Positions 28,666 through 38,026 of a stretch of DNA of 50,015 nt are shown here, piece by piece. The notes below the pieces were generated by a model. That model did no database searches, had not been told where the DNA came from, and worked only from the letters and a program-made list of their open reading frames with translations. The position numbers and the translations under genes are program-made. The stretch's first letter is position 1; each line of letters starts with the position of its first letter. Origin of the DNA: Candidatus Velesiimonas alkalicola (GTDB lineage: Bacteria; Omnitrophota; Gorgyraeia; Velesiimonadales; Velesiimonadaceae); the NCBI GenBank assembly GCA_013626165.1, contig NDHX01000010.1:1-50015 (forward strand). The letters are read 5' to 3'.

Positions 28666-29229
28666 TTATTTACAATTTTCCTCTAACCATTTATAGATAT
28701 TGAAAAAATCCTCTACCGAATTAACTAATCCCGTTTTATATTTTTCAAACTTTGGTATTTTGTTATCTTTTATATGTTTTATAGAAAAATCACATTTATA
28801 AGCTCCGCTTTCTTTCCTGTGATGTAATTTTTTCCAAAGAATATCTTTTCTACATACAGCAGTAAGATATATTTCTTTTGGGGCAACATCAATAAATAAT
28901 ACTCCGTGAAAATCTCTTTGAGGATGTAGATTTTCGTGCTGAAATAATCCAGTTCCAATCGTAATTGTCGCAAGTTTTACTTCTATTTTTAAGCTATTAG
29001 AAATTAAATCCCAACCCTTTATTTCTTCTGTTTTGCTTGGGTTATAATCAACAATACATTTAAAATCTCTTAAGATATCAACCGCTATTTCTTCCCCAAG
29101 CTGTCCTTTTTCATCAATCATTAAAGATTGCACATCCTCATATAGACTATCGTTCCAATCAAATTGCTGTAGAGGTTTTCTTGCTTGTATGTCTTTTACT
29201 TTTTTAAGAATTATATCTGATATACTCAT
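28666..29229 (-). CDS. Putative restriction endonuclease
   Basis: KGQLGE...GWDL...KIEVKLAT (PD-(D/E)xK-like); 4 bp overlap with the methyltransferase. Confidence 0.6.
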   Translation of the reverse strand: MSISDIILKKVKDIQARKPLQQFDWNDSLYEDVQSLMIDEKGQLGEEIAVDILRDFKCIVDYNPSKTEEIKGWDLISNSLKIEVKLATITIGTGLFQHENLHPQRDFHGVLFIDVAPKEIYLTAVCRKDILWKKLHHRKESGAYKCDFSIKHIKDNKIPKFEKYKTGLVNSVEDFFNIYKWLEENCK

Positions 29230-30134
29230 ATAAACAACCTGTTTTTATTCTTATCAAAATAACCTGCTTCTATAACTACATCTTTAATCAAACTTGTTCG
29301 TAGATTTAAAGCAGAATTGGTGGAATAAAATGCTTTCTTTTCCCAGTTGTGATTTTCAATTATTTTTTTTATCTCTTCCTTGTTTTTTTTGATAACTATC
29401 CCATATCCCCGTTTATTCGGTAATTCATAAAAAGAACTATATGCTTTCATACCATTAAAAGTTGTAGATGGCAAATAAACATCGCACTTTTCTATCATAT
29501 CCTTGTTTCTTGTATTCGCTGGCAAACCGCCATCTGATAAAGAATATATCTCAATAAAATTATTACAAGTTTCAGGTCGTTTTTTCTTTATTTTGTCAGT
29601 ATTTATTTTAGTCCAAACCTGAAACACGGTATTTATTTTTACATCTGTGCCATCAGGATAAATAAATGAGTCCGATGGTAAATATTCGTTATGGGCTAAT
29701 TTATAACCTATAACTCTTTTACCAGCAACACCCTTGCCATCACTATTAAAAAGTTGAGGTAAAATAAAAGCTACCATATCTGCGTATTGATAAGATTTAT
29801 TGATAAAAGAGAGGGCAAGGTTTCCTCTTAATCCAAACGGTGGATTTCCGATTACAACATACTTTTTATTTCTATTCTCGGGATACCATTTAAGATAATC
29901 GGATTTTATTATTCCTTTGTTTTCTATCCCTAAAAGTTTTTTAGGGTCTATGTCAATTCCTATCCTGCGATTTTTCGGTAAAAATTGATAGAAAGAACCG
30001 CATCCTGCTGATGGTTCAATAAAAACATAATCATCAAGATTTACCCCGATTTCCTTGGCAACCTTTTGAAAGGTTTTGTAGCACTTTTCGGCTACTTGAG
30101 GTTTTGTATAAAATTGGTCTTTCAATTTATACAT
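29226..30134 (-). CDS. DNA adenine methyltransferase (gamma-type, NPPF)
   Basis: DQFYT, FIEPSAGCGSF (motif I), IGNPPFG (motif IV). Confidence 0.85.
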   Translation of the reverse strand: MYKLKDQFYTKPQVAEKCYKTFQKVAKEIGVNLDDYVFIEPSAGCGSFYQFLPKNRRIGIDIDPKKLLGIENKGIIKSDYLKWYPENRNKKYVVIGNPPFGLRGNLALSFINKSYQYADMVAFILPQLFNSDGKGVAGKRVIGYKLAHNEYLPSDSFIYPDGTDVKINTVFQVWTKINTDKIKKKRPETCNNFIEIYSLSDGGLPANTRNKDMIEKCDVYLPSTTFNGMKAYSSFYELPNKRGYGIVIKKNKEEIKKIIENHNWEKKAFYSTNSALNLRTSLIKDVVIEAGYFDKNKNRLFI

Positions 30135-30355
30135 ATTGGGGAGTTTATTTTACTATACCAAAGATAAAAAGTGGGCAACAATAGCCAACGCTGTGGAAAA
30201 CTTTTGTCAAGGGCGACAAAAACCCCTTACGTGCCGACGTGGGATACTTACCTTTATTTGCTCCTTTATTTTTTATGAATTGTAAATTAAACACCATTTA
30301 ATCCTCAAAAATAAAATTTCACCTTGAAAGAAATACTCTCCTACACATCTAATTA

Positions 30356-30406
30356 ATTATGCTCCGTTTTTCCTCTGTTTGTCAAGTGAATGTATAAGTT
30401 ATACAT
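30356..30406 (-). promoter_or_regulatory. Promoter with an adjacent perfect operator-like palindrome, upstream of the second RM pair
   Basis: TTGACA(30385-30380)-18-CATAAT(30361-30356); ATGTATAA-G-TTATACAT at 30390-30406. Confidence 0.5.
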
Positions 30407-30422
30407 ATATGCGACATACCAG

Positions 30423-30487
30423 CCCTGTTTAGAAGTTTTTTACCCCGTTTAGAGAAAGTTCTCTAACGGGGTTTACCTCTAACAGGG
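30423..30487. repeat. Nested bulged palindromes (REP/MITE-like)
   Basis: Inner ACCCCGTTTAGAGAA-AG-TTCTCTAACGGGGT at 30442-30472 sits inside outer CCCTGTTTAGA...TCTAACAGGG. Confidence 0.85.
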
Positions 30488-30511
30488 TCAAGTACTTTTT
30501 TAATCAAGCAA

Positions 30512-32272
30512 TTAACCCCAATCTGTTGCAATCTTCGGTATGATTGGTTTTAGTTTTTCTTTCAAAAAACTTTCTATCTGTTCCGAATCATTCATACCAA
30601 GGCAGGTGTCTGCTATCTGTTTTGCTTCCTGTATTGTTGTAGAACGAATAATCTTTTTAATTTCAGGTATCATAATAGGACTTACACTTAATTGGTCAAG
30701 ACCAAGACCTATAAGAAGAATACTATACAGCGGCTCGCTTGCCATCTCACCGCACATCCCAACCCAGATACCATTTTTATGTCCTATATCAATAACATTT
30801 TTAATCATCCTGATAACACCCGGATGTGCTGGTTTGTAAAGATATGCTACTTTTTCGTTTGCTCTGTCAATTGCAAGCGAATACTGTATCAGGTCATTTG
30901 TCCCGATACTAAAAAATTTTACATAAGGGGCTATAATGTCTGCTGTCATCACAGCAGCGGGGGTTTCTATCATCACTCCGACCTCTATATCTTTATCATA
31001 TGGTAGACCTTTTGCATCTAATTCATCTTTTGCATCTTGAAGTAGTCTGCCTGCTTTGATAACCTCTTCAACATCAGAAACCATAGGATACATTATTTTA
31101 ATATTTCCCAAAAAGGATGCTCTTAATATCCCTTTTAACTGCATCTTAAATATACCAGGAACCGCTAAACAGAATCTTATTGCCCTCCATCCCATGTATG
31201 GATTTGATTCAGGGGGGATATTCATCTGGGGAGCAACCTTATCTCCTCCTAAATCAAGTGTTCTTATTATTATATGGACAGGCGTAAATGCGGCAGCAAT
31301 TCTCTTATAAGATTCATAGTGTTCTTCTTCTGTGGGAAGATCTTTTCTGTTTAAATATAAAAACTCTGTTCTATAAAGTCCTATCCCTTCTCCTCCGTAT
31401 GTAAAAACAGATGATACTTCTTCAGGAAGTTCAATATTTCCCGCAAGGACTATCTTAAAATCATCTTTTGTCTTAGAGGATAAATCATGTAAAGAAAAAA
31501 GTTCTTTTTCAAACTCTTTAAGTCTTATTTTTTCTTCTTCATATTTTGTTCTTATAAAAGAATCAGGATTGATATATATGACCCCACGATTGCCGTCTAA
31601 TATGACCCAATCATCCTGTTGTATGTCGTTCGTAATATGCTCAATACCAACAACTGCTGGTATCTCCAATCCTCTTGCCATAATGGCAGTATGTGATGTC
31701 CTTGAGCCGGTTTCTGTGGCAAAACCCAGTGCCTTGTCTTTTGGCATTACGGCAATATCAGACGGAGAAACATCATGTGCTATAATAATGGCTGGCTCAC
31801 TTAAATTTTTAAGGGTTTTTTTTTCTATATTGAAAAGTTTTCTTAAAATCCTTTTACTGACATCTTCTATATCAGATATTCTTTCCCTCATATATTCATC
31901 TTCAAGTTCCGAAAATGCCCTGGCATATTTTTCCATAATATCTGAAACTATATATTCTACACAAACCTTTTCATTTCTTAACCGCATAACAACCTCTTCA
32001 ATGAGCATCCTATCTTCAAGAAGCAAAAGATGGGCCTCAAATATCTCAGCATGTTCAGTTCCGGTCTGTGTCTGAATATGTTTCTGTATATTTTCTATTT
32101 CTTCTCTTGTTTTAAGAAGTGCATTTTCAAATTTTGCAATTTCAAGATGTATATCCGCATCAGAAATGGGTTTGGGCAAAACAGATATTTTTTTTTCTTT
32201 CCCGACAACAAAAACCTTACCCTCCGCAATGCCAGGAGATGCCGGCATACCTTTAAACATAACATTTTCCAT
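30512..32272 (-). CDS. ptsI: PTS enzyme I
   Basis: SRTSHTAIMAR (phospho-His), GIGLYRTEF, NPYMGWRAIR, FSIGTNDL, MCGEMA. Confidence 0.97.
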   Translation of the reverse strand: MENVMFKGMPASPGIAEGKVFVVGKEKKISVLPKPISDADIHLEIAKFENALLKTREEIENIQKHIQTQTGTEHAEIFEAHLLLLEDRMLIEEVVMRLRNEKVCVEYIVSDIMEKYARAFSELEDEYMRERISDIEDVSKRILRKLFNIEKKTLKNLSEPAIIIAHDVSPSDIAVMPKDKALGFATETGSRTSHTAIMARGLEIPAVVGIEHITNDIQQDDWVILDGNRGVIYINPDSFIRTKYEEEKIRLKEFEKELFSLHDLSSKTKDDFKIVLAGNIELPEEVSSVFTYGGEGIGLYRTEFLYLNRKDLPTEEEHYESYKRIAAAFTPVHIIIRTLDLGGDKVAPQMNIPPESNPYMGWRAIRFCLAVPGIFKMQLKGILRASFLGNIKIMYPMVSDVEEVIKAGRLLQDAKDELDAKGLPYDKDIEVGVMIETPAAVMTADIIAPYVKFFSIGTNDLIQYSLAIDRANEKVAYLYKPAHPGVIRMIKNVIDIGHKNGIWVGMCGEMASEPLYSILLIGLGLDQLSVSPIMIPEIKKIIRSTTIQEAKQIADTCLGMNDSEQIESFLKEKLKPIIPKIATDWG

Positions 32273-32320
32273 TCTACACCTTCTTACTCTGTTAGAAAGC
32301 CCGCCTTTGCCCCGTCCTTT

Positions 32321-32599
32321 TCAGCGGGGTAAACTTACTTTTTTATCCGAAATAAGTACAGCCTCAAGCTTAAGGATCGCATCTTCTGCATCTTCTCCTT
32401 CAGCCTTCAAAATAACTTTTGAACCCCTATCTGCTCCTAGCATCAAGATCCCAATAATAGATTTTCCATCTACTTCGTCTTTGCCATTTGAAACCAAAAT
32501 CTTACTTTTAAATTTCTTTGCAGCCTGAACAAATATTGTTGCAGGCCTTGCATGTAGACCCTGATGATTTTGTATGATTATTTTTTTTTGTATTTTCAT
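32321..32599 (-). CDS. ptsH: Phosphocarrier protein HPr
   Basis: GLHARPA (His15), DGKSIIGIL (Ser46). Confidence 0.95.
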   Translation of the reverse strand: MKIQKKIIIQNHQGLHARPATIFVQAAKKFKSKILVSNGKDEVDGKSIIGILMLGADRGSKVILKAEGEDAEDAILKLEAVLISDKKVSLPR

Positions 32600-34674
32600 A
32601 AAATCTTCACTTTAATTTCAAATAAAGACCTGCTGTTTTTCTCCACTTCAAAATCCCAATAAAACATCATGCAAATCCCCTGATATGTCTTTTCAAATCC
32701 TGCCTCCGACCCGGAAACGGTTTGTATGGAATAATACCATAGGCTGCACCGCCTGTGGACGGATATATTTATCTGTTGATTATACCACACATCCTTTATA
32801 TCTATTGAATCAATGCTCAACATCTGACCCATATCGTTCAATGCAGGGTCTTTTAACAGAAGGTTCAGACTTGTGCCAAAACATAATCCTCGGGCGGTTT
32901 CTTTATTTGTGATTAAATACCGTGCACGTATCTCTTTTGTATGCGGGAATAGTGTTATGCTTTTATCAATGGATACGCCAATAACCTGCTCGCCTAACGG
33001 CGGAGTCCCTGACTTGCCTAACGGTCCGCCTCGCAGAGGCGAGATCTCCCGCCCCAAAATATAGGCGAGGTCTTTGACGCCAAAGGCGGACGGATCCTTC
33101 GATGTATCGAGGTTTAGCAATCCGTCTCTTGTAAGCGAGACCGTTACAGATTTTTTCATTTTATTTATAGACTGAACCCTATAAGGGTTTTTGAGAAAAT
33201 CACCTACCTCTTTATACTTGGCGCCCGAAAAATCTTCAGCCTTTGCGGTATTATAAAAAAAGTGATCCTGGAATATCCCTCGCTGATAATTGTCGTACAC
33301 AAGATAATTTTCAAGACCCTGTTCTTTTACCTGCACCGATTCATGTATGCTTGATATTTTGTCTTCTTTGCCGATTGTATCCTGCTTTAATGCCTGTATT
33401 TTTGAATGATAGTCTTCTTTGTATCTTGCCAACGTATTCGCTATATTAAAACATTTATCCTTATTATCCAGTTCAATAATACTTCCGCCGTAAGAAGGTT
33501 TGATAAGAAGCCAGATGGATTTTGAATTTAGTATGACCTCATCGTTTGTGTCCTTATCTATGTCGCACTTAAAACCCTCAATCCAATCCTGACTCTTATG
33601 TTCTTCGGCATCAATCTCGCATTGCGCCTTTATCAACTGTTCATATATGCCGTGTCTTAGGTGCGAAAGATAAAGCCCCCCGAATATGCCATGCCAGTAC
33701 GCACAGTTACACTGTGCCTTATATAAACTTTTTATCGCCTCACCTTTGGAACCTGCTTTTTCGCTTATGTATAACATCCTTTTGTGCATCCTGTTTGATT
33801 CTTCATATTTTACGAGATAATTCCTAAAAAATCCGCCCGACCATTTAAGCATCTCGTTGTATGTTGCACAGGGTATGTAGACCCTTCCCTGAGGAGGGAA
33901 TTCTTCAAGATATTCGGAAAATGTCGCAGGCTTTAACCAGCTGTTTTCTTTTTCGATTGCGTTGAAAAATTTTTCAAGCCAACCGTTCTGATGCACCCAC
34001 TGGTGTGTCCCGGGCCAAACACCGAACTTCTCACCGTCATCCATTATGACGACAAGGTTGCCGTATTTTGAACTTTCTCTGATGTATTCTATTGCCTCTT
34101 CAACGGGATGAAACGGGATTAGATATCTAAGTTTTTCCGAATCGGGAAATACCGAAATTATTTTCCCCTCATCTTCCGTAATATAATAACCCGGTTTTTT
34201 TTCGGGATCTATTCCGACAATCTTTAAATGCGAATCGTCTACAACCGTGTATCCGATGCCCGCATTATGAAGCGTATTTGTTAAGTGAGGTTCCCATACC
34301 CTCTCGGCAAGCCAGAAACCCTTAGGGGCGACATTAAACCTGGCTTTTATCCATTTGTCCATCATCCTTATCTGCCCGAGCCTGTCCTTTTCAGGAATAA
34401 TAGGCAGTATCGGCTCGTAATATCCCCCGCCCATTAGTTCAATCTGTTTTGCATCAACAAGCAGACCTATATCTTTTAAAAAATCCGGCTCATTTTCCTC
34501 CATCCAATCCAAAAGACATCCGCTGTAATGTAAAACTACTTTTACGGAAGGATGTCTCTTTATAATATCAATAAGAGGTTTGTATGCCCTGTCAAAGGCC
34601 CCTTTTATAACCCAGCCGAAATTACCGGTTGGTTGATGACAGTGAAATCCTAATATAAAATATGTTTCTCTCAT
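32596..34674 (-). CDS. GH57 alpha-amylase/4-alpha-glucanotransferase
   Basis: HCHQP, GGYYEP, WLAERVWEP, DDGEKFGVWPG, AQCNCAYWHGIFGGLY; contains a GC-rich in-frame insert. Confidence 0.9.
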   Translation of the reverse strand: MRETYFILGFHCHQPTGNFGWVIKGAFDRAYKPLIDIIKRHPSVKVVLHYSGCLLDWMEENEPDFLKDIGLLVDAKQIELMGGGYYEPILPIIPEKDRLGQIRMMDKWIKARFNVAPKGFWLAERVWEPHLTNTLHNAGIGYTVVDDSHLKIVGIDPEKKPGYYITEDEGKIISVFPDSEKLRYLIPFHPVEEAIEYIRESSKYGNLVVIMDDGEKFGVWPGTHQWVHQNGWLEKFFNAIEKENSWLKPATFSEYLEEFPPQGRVYIPCATYNEMLKWSGGFFRNYLVKYEESNRMHKRMLYISEKAGSKGEAIKSLYKAQCNCAYWHGIFGGLYLSHLRHGIYEQLIKAQCEIDAEEHKSQDWIEGFKCDIDKDTNDEVILNSKSIWLLIKPSYGGSIIELDNKDKCFNIANTLARYKEDYHSKIQALKQDTIGKEDKISSIHESVQVKEQGLENYLVYDNYQRGIFQDHFFYNTAKAEDFSGAKYKEVGDFLKNPYRVQSINKMKKSVTVSLTRDGLLNLDTSKDPSAFGVKDLAYILGREISPLRGGPLGKSGTPPLGEQVIGVSIDKSITLFPHTKEIRARYLITNKETARGLCFGTSLNLLLKDPALNDMGQMLSIDSIDIKDVWYNQQINISVHRRCSLWYYSIQTVSGSEAGFEKTYQGICMMFYWDFEVEKNSRSLFEIKVKIL

Positions 34675-35948
34675 ATATAAGATCCTTTTAATTTTTTATC
34701 TTTTTTGATAAGACTTATTATAATCCGTGCAATCTTATCCGGATTATGGCGAATGCTGCCGAGGGACGGTATATCAGAATACGGTGATATATTTATAACC
34801 TCTTCTTCTATAACCCTGTATCCCATCTTTCTTATGTTTTCTATATCGGGGATAACCATTTCTGCCCTCTCGCTCTTATATCTTTCTAATATTATATTCG
34901 GAATGTGTGCCGTATTTACTATAACTGTTTGGATAATATCAGGATTTGTATGCTTAATGATTGCCTTTATATGCTCTGATGCGGTATAATGTGCAGTTTC
35001 TCTGTATTCAGTCATAACATTACATACATATATCTTTAAAGCCAATGATTGACAGATTGTATCAACAATAGAATTTATAAGAAGATTGGGTAAGATACTG
35101 CTGTATAGACTACCCGGACCAAACACTATCGCATCTGCCTGTAATAATGCTTCCAGAACATCAGGTGCTGGCTGGCAGTCGGAGGGTAAAATTTGTACCT
35201 CTTTTATCGGAATAGAGTTTTCGGTAAGATTATCTTCTCCCACTGTTTTACTTCCGTCAATATGGTGTGCAACAAGTGTAGCCCTGTCAAGCGTTGACGG
35301 TATTACCCTGCCCCTTACTGCAAGTACTTTACTTGATTCTTTTATTGCAGCTCCAAAATCACCTGTTATCTTTGTCATAGCAGTAATAAATATATTCCCA
35401 AAACTATGTTCACCCAATTGTGAACCTTTTTCAAACCTAAATTGGAAAAGATCTTGCATAAGAGACTCTGTATCTGCAAGGGCAACAAGACAATTTCTTA
35501 TATCTCCGGGAGGAAGAATCCCATATTCTTTTCTCAATCTTCCAGAGCTTCCCCCGTCATCCGAAACTGTAACAACAGCAGTAATGTTTGATGTATATTC
35601 TTTTAACCCCGAAAGCAAGACAGGAAGTCCGGTTCCGCCACCTATTGCAACAATCCTCGGTCCTTTACTTAAATGTCTTTTTGTATAAATAATATCAAAA
35701 AGTTCCTTTTCTCTCTGGGGTATAAACACACCTGCAACCGAACGAACCATCTCCCTTACACCAAACGCTATTATCAAAGAACCTAAAATAATTATAGGAA
35801 TTCTAATCTGCCAACCCGGTGTAAATTTAAAAAGAAAATCCCACCAGTATGCCCAGGAACCTGCAATAACAATAAGTATTCCAGCAAGGCATAAAAATCC
35901 CCATCGCTTTATCTTTAAACCGGGATATAACAACTTTGGTAATTTCAC
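34671..35948 (-). CDS. yvcK: YvcK/GlmR (UPF0052) family protein with an N-terminal membrane domain
   Basis: IVAIGGGTGL, DDGGSSGRLR, PPGDIRN, GPGSLYSS. Confidence 0.92.
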   Translation of the reverse strand: MKLPKLLYPGLKIKRWGFLCLAGILIVIAGSWAYWWDFLFKFTPGWQIRIPIIILGSLIIAFGVREMVRSVAGVFIPQREKELFDIIYTKRHLSKGPRIVAIGGGTGLPVLLSGLKEYTSNITAVVTVSDDGGSSGRLRKEYGILPPGDIRNCLVALADTESLMQDLFQFRFEKGSQLGEHSFGNIFITAMTKITGDFGAAIKESSKVLAVRGRVIPSTLDRATLVAHHIDGSKTVGEDNLTENSIPIKEVQILPSDCQPAPDVLEALLQADAIVFGPGSLYSSILPNLLINSIVDTICQSLALKIYVCNVMTEYRETAHYTASEHIKAIIKHTNPDIIQTVIVNTAHIPNIILERYKSERAEMVIPDIENIRKMGYRVIEEEVINISPYSDIPSLGSIRHNPDKIARIIISLIKKDKKLKGSYI

Positions 35949-36412
35949 TTTCTATCATCTTCCTGTTGAATAAGTTTTATTATTTCCTGAACATCTTTTG
36001 CATTGCGTAAAGAATCTCTTATAAATTTATCTTTCAATAAACGGGATATTCTTGCCAGTGCCTTTAGATGTGGTCCAGGTGTTTCTTCGGGTGTGACAAG
36101 AAGAAAAAAGATATAAGAAGGTTCGCCATCTAAAGAATCAAAATCCACACCTTTTTTAGAGACTCCGAGGACACAGGTTAGCCTGTCCACACAATCAGAT
36201 TTTCCATGTGGGATTGCAACTCCCTGTCCAATACCTGTTGAGCCAAGTGCTTCTCTGTCTAAAAGTATTTTTATAATTTTGTCTTCGATCTTCTGCTTAA
36301 CATCACCCGACCGGACAAGAAGTTCTACAAGTTCCTTTATAACACCCTCCTTGTCTTTTGACCTTAAATCAAGATTGATTGCTTTTGTATTCAAAAATTC
36401 CATAATTCTCAT
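35945..36412 (-). CDS. ptsN: PTS IIA (Ntr/Fru-type) component
   Basis: REALGSTGIGQGVAIPH, DFDSLDG, HLKALARISR. Confidence 0.88.
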   Translation of the reverse strand: MRIMEFLNTKAINLDLRSKDKEGVIKELVELLVRSGDVKQKIEDKIIKILLDREALGSTGIGQGVAIPHGKSDCVDRLTCVLGVSKKGVDFDSLDGEPSYIFFLLVTPEETPGPHLKALARISRLLKDKFIRDSLRNAKDVQEIIKLIQQEDDRK

Positions 36413-36452
36413 ATTCCTCCCCTTTCAAGATAAATTCCATTAACTACCATAT

Positions 36453-36986
36453 CTAATTTACGCTTCCTTCGTACATTCCATATGTTCCATCATCTCTTTT
36501 ATGGACAATATGAATCTTCCCATCCTCTTTGTTTTTAAACGCAAGTATATCTTTGGCCTCTGTTTCCATTTGAATTATTGCATCGCTGATGGTCATAAGA
36601 TTTGACGGTGGTAATTGTTTTTCTATAAGAAGACCTGTGCCCACTATCTTGTTCAACAGTCTTTGTCCTTTTTGTGTTGATTTTGAGTACCTTCTTGCTT
36701 TATGTTCTCTTACCTTATCCCTAAATCTTGTAAGCCGTTTTTCTATTATGTGCATCACCTTATCAATAGATGAATACATCTGGCCTGTGGTCTCTTTGCA
36801 CACAATATGAAGATGCCTGCCACTTAATATAACCTCAGCTGTTGTTCTGAACTTTTCTACTGAAAGAATCACATGTGCTTCAACAATTCTGTTAAAATGG
36901 TGTTCCAGCTTCTCCACACGAGCCTGTATATGTTGCCGTAAGCCATCTGAAACAACAAAATGCCTTCCTGTAATATTTACATTCAA
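36453..36986 (-). CDS. hpf: Ribosome hibernation promoting factor, long form (likely TTG start)
   Basis: NITGRH, YSSIDKV, C-terminal MTISDAIIQM...IVHKRDDGTYG. Confidence 0.88.
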   Translation of the reverse strand: MNVNITGRHFVVSDGLRQHIQARVEKLEHHFNRIVEAHVILSVEKFRTTAEVILSGRHLHIVCKETTGQMYSSIDKVMHIIEKRLTRFRDKVREHKARRYSKSTQKGQRLLNKIVGTGLLIEKQLPPSNLMTISDAIIQMETEAKDILAFKNKEDGKIHIVHKRDDGTYGMYEGSVN

Positions 36987-37011
36987 TTTTCTCCCTCCCT
37001 ATAATGTCATG

Positions 37012-37042
37012 GCACCAGAGCACCAGAGCACCAGAGCACCAG
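37012..37042. repeat. Octamer tandem repeat (GCACCAGA)x3.9 between lptB and hpf
   Basis: Read directly; the reverse complement TCTGGTGC recurs near 49245-49260. Confidence 0.85.
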
Positions 37043-37059
37043 TCGCCTGTCATCTTTTT

Positions 37060-37800
37060 TCACATTCTAAACTGCTCTCCTAAATAAATCTGCCTTGCCT
37101 TCGTGTCGTTAATAAGCGCCTCGGCTGTTCCTGAAACAAGTATCTCCCCTCTGTTAATTATATATGCCCTGTCGGTGATTGTAAGCGTTTCTCTTACACT
37201 ATGGTCTGTCAATAATATGCCAAGCCCTTTGTTTTTTAATTGTTTTATAATCTGCTGGACATCAAAAACCGCAATGGGATCAACCCCGCTAAAAGGTTCA
37301 TCCAAAAGAAGACATAATGGTTGTAGACATAATGCCCTTGTAATCTCAAGCCTTCTTCTTTCTCCTCCTGAAAGTGTATATGCTTTATTTTTTGCAAGAT
37401 GAGATATCTTTAATTGTTCAAGAAGTATCCCCATCTTTTTTTTCCTCTCTTTTAAAGAAATATTAAGTGTTTCAAGTATTGCCATAATATTTTCTTCAAC
37501 TGTAAGTCTCTGAAATATAGATGGTTCCTGAGAAAGATACCCAAGTCCAATCCTTGCCCTATGAGAAACAGAGAAACTTGTTATATCCTCCTTATTAAAT
37601 ATAACACTGCCTGAGTCCCCTTTGACACTTCCGACCGTGATATAAAATATTGTTGTTTTGCCTGCACCATTTGGTCCTAAAAGTCCTACAATCTCTCCCC
37701 TGTCCACGCTTATAGAAACTCCGTTGACAACCTTTCTTCCGCTATATTGCTTAATTAGATTTTTAATTTCAAGCAAACTCATATGTTGTAAAAATTTCAA
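37060..37800 (-). CDS. lptB: LPS export ABC transporter ATPase
   Basis: GPNGAGKTT, YLSQEPSIF, LSGGERRRLEI, DEPFSGVDP, TDH. Confidence 0.95.
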   Translation of the reverse strand: MKFLQHMSLLEIKNLIKQYSGRKVVNGVSISVDRGEIVGLLGPNGAGKTTIFYITVGSVKGDSGSVIFNKEDITSFSVSHRARIGLGYLSQEPSIFQRLTVEENIMAILETLNISLKERKKKMGILLEQLKISHLAKNKAYTLSGGERRRLEITRALCLQPLCLLLDEPFSGVDPIAVFDVQQIIKQLKNKGLGILLTDHSVRETLTITDRAYIINRGEILVSGTAEALINDTKARQIYLGEQFRM

Positions 37801-38026
37801 ACACCAAGATGCGAATTACAAATAAATGTCAAATAACAAATGTCAAATGACAAATAAATGACAAATTCCAAAGTTCAAATATCAAATAGATATCAACAGG
37901 TCATACTTTTTGTCATTTAGATTTTAACATTTGGCATTCGTCATCAGCTACCAGTCACCTGTCACCGGTCTCCTGTCAGCTATGTTCTACGATTGATCAG
38001 TGTAGCAGATCCTCTGCTGACCTGAA

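Noticed and set aside
37012-37980. Short repeats as a CRISPR array
   Set aside because: Units are 7-13 bp, degenerate, and have no unique spacers of regular length; there are no cas genes.
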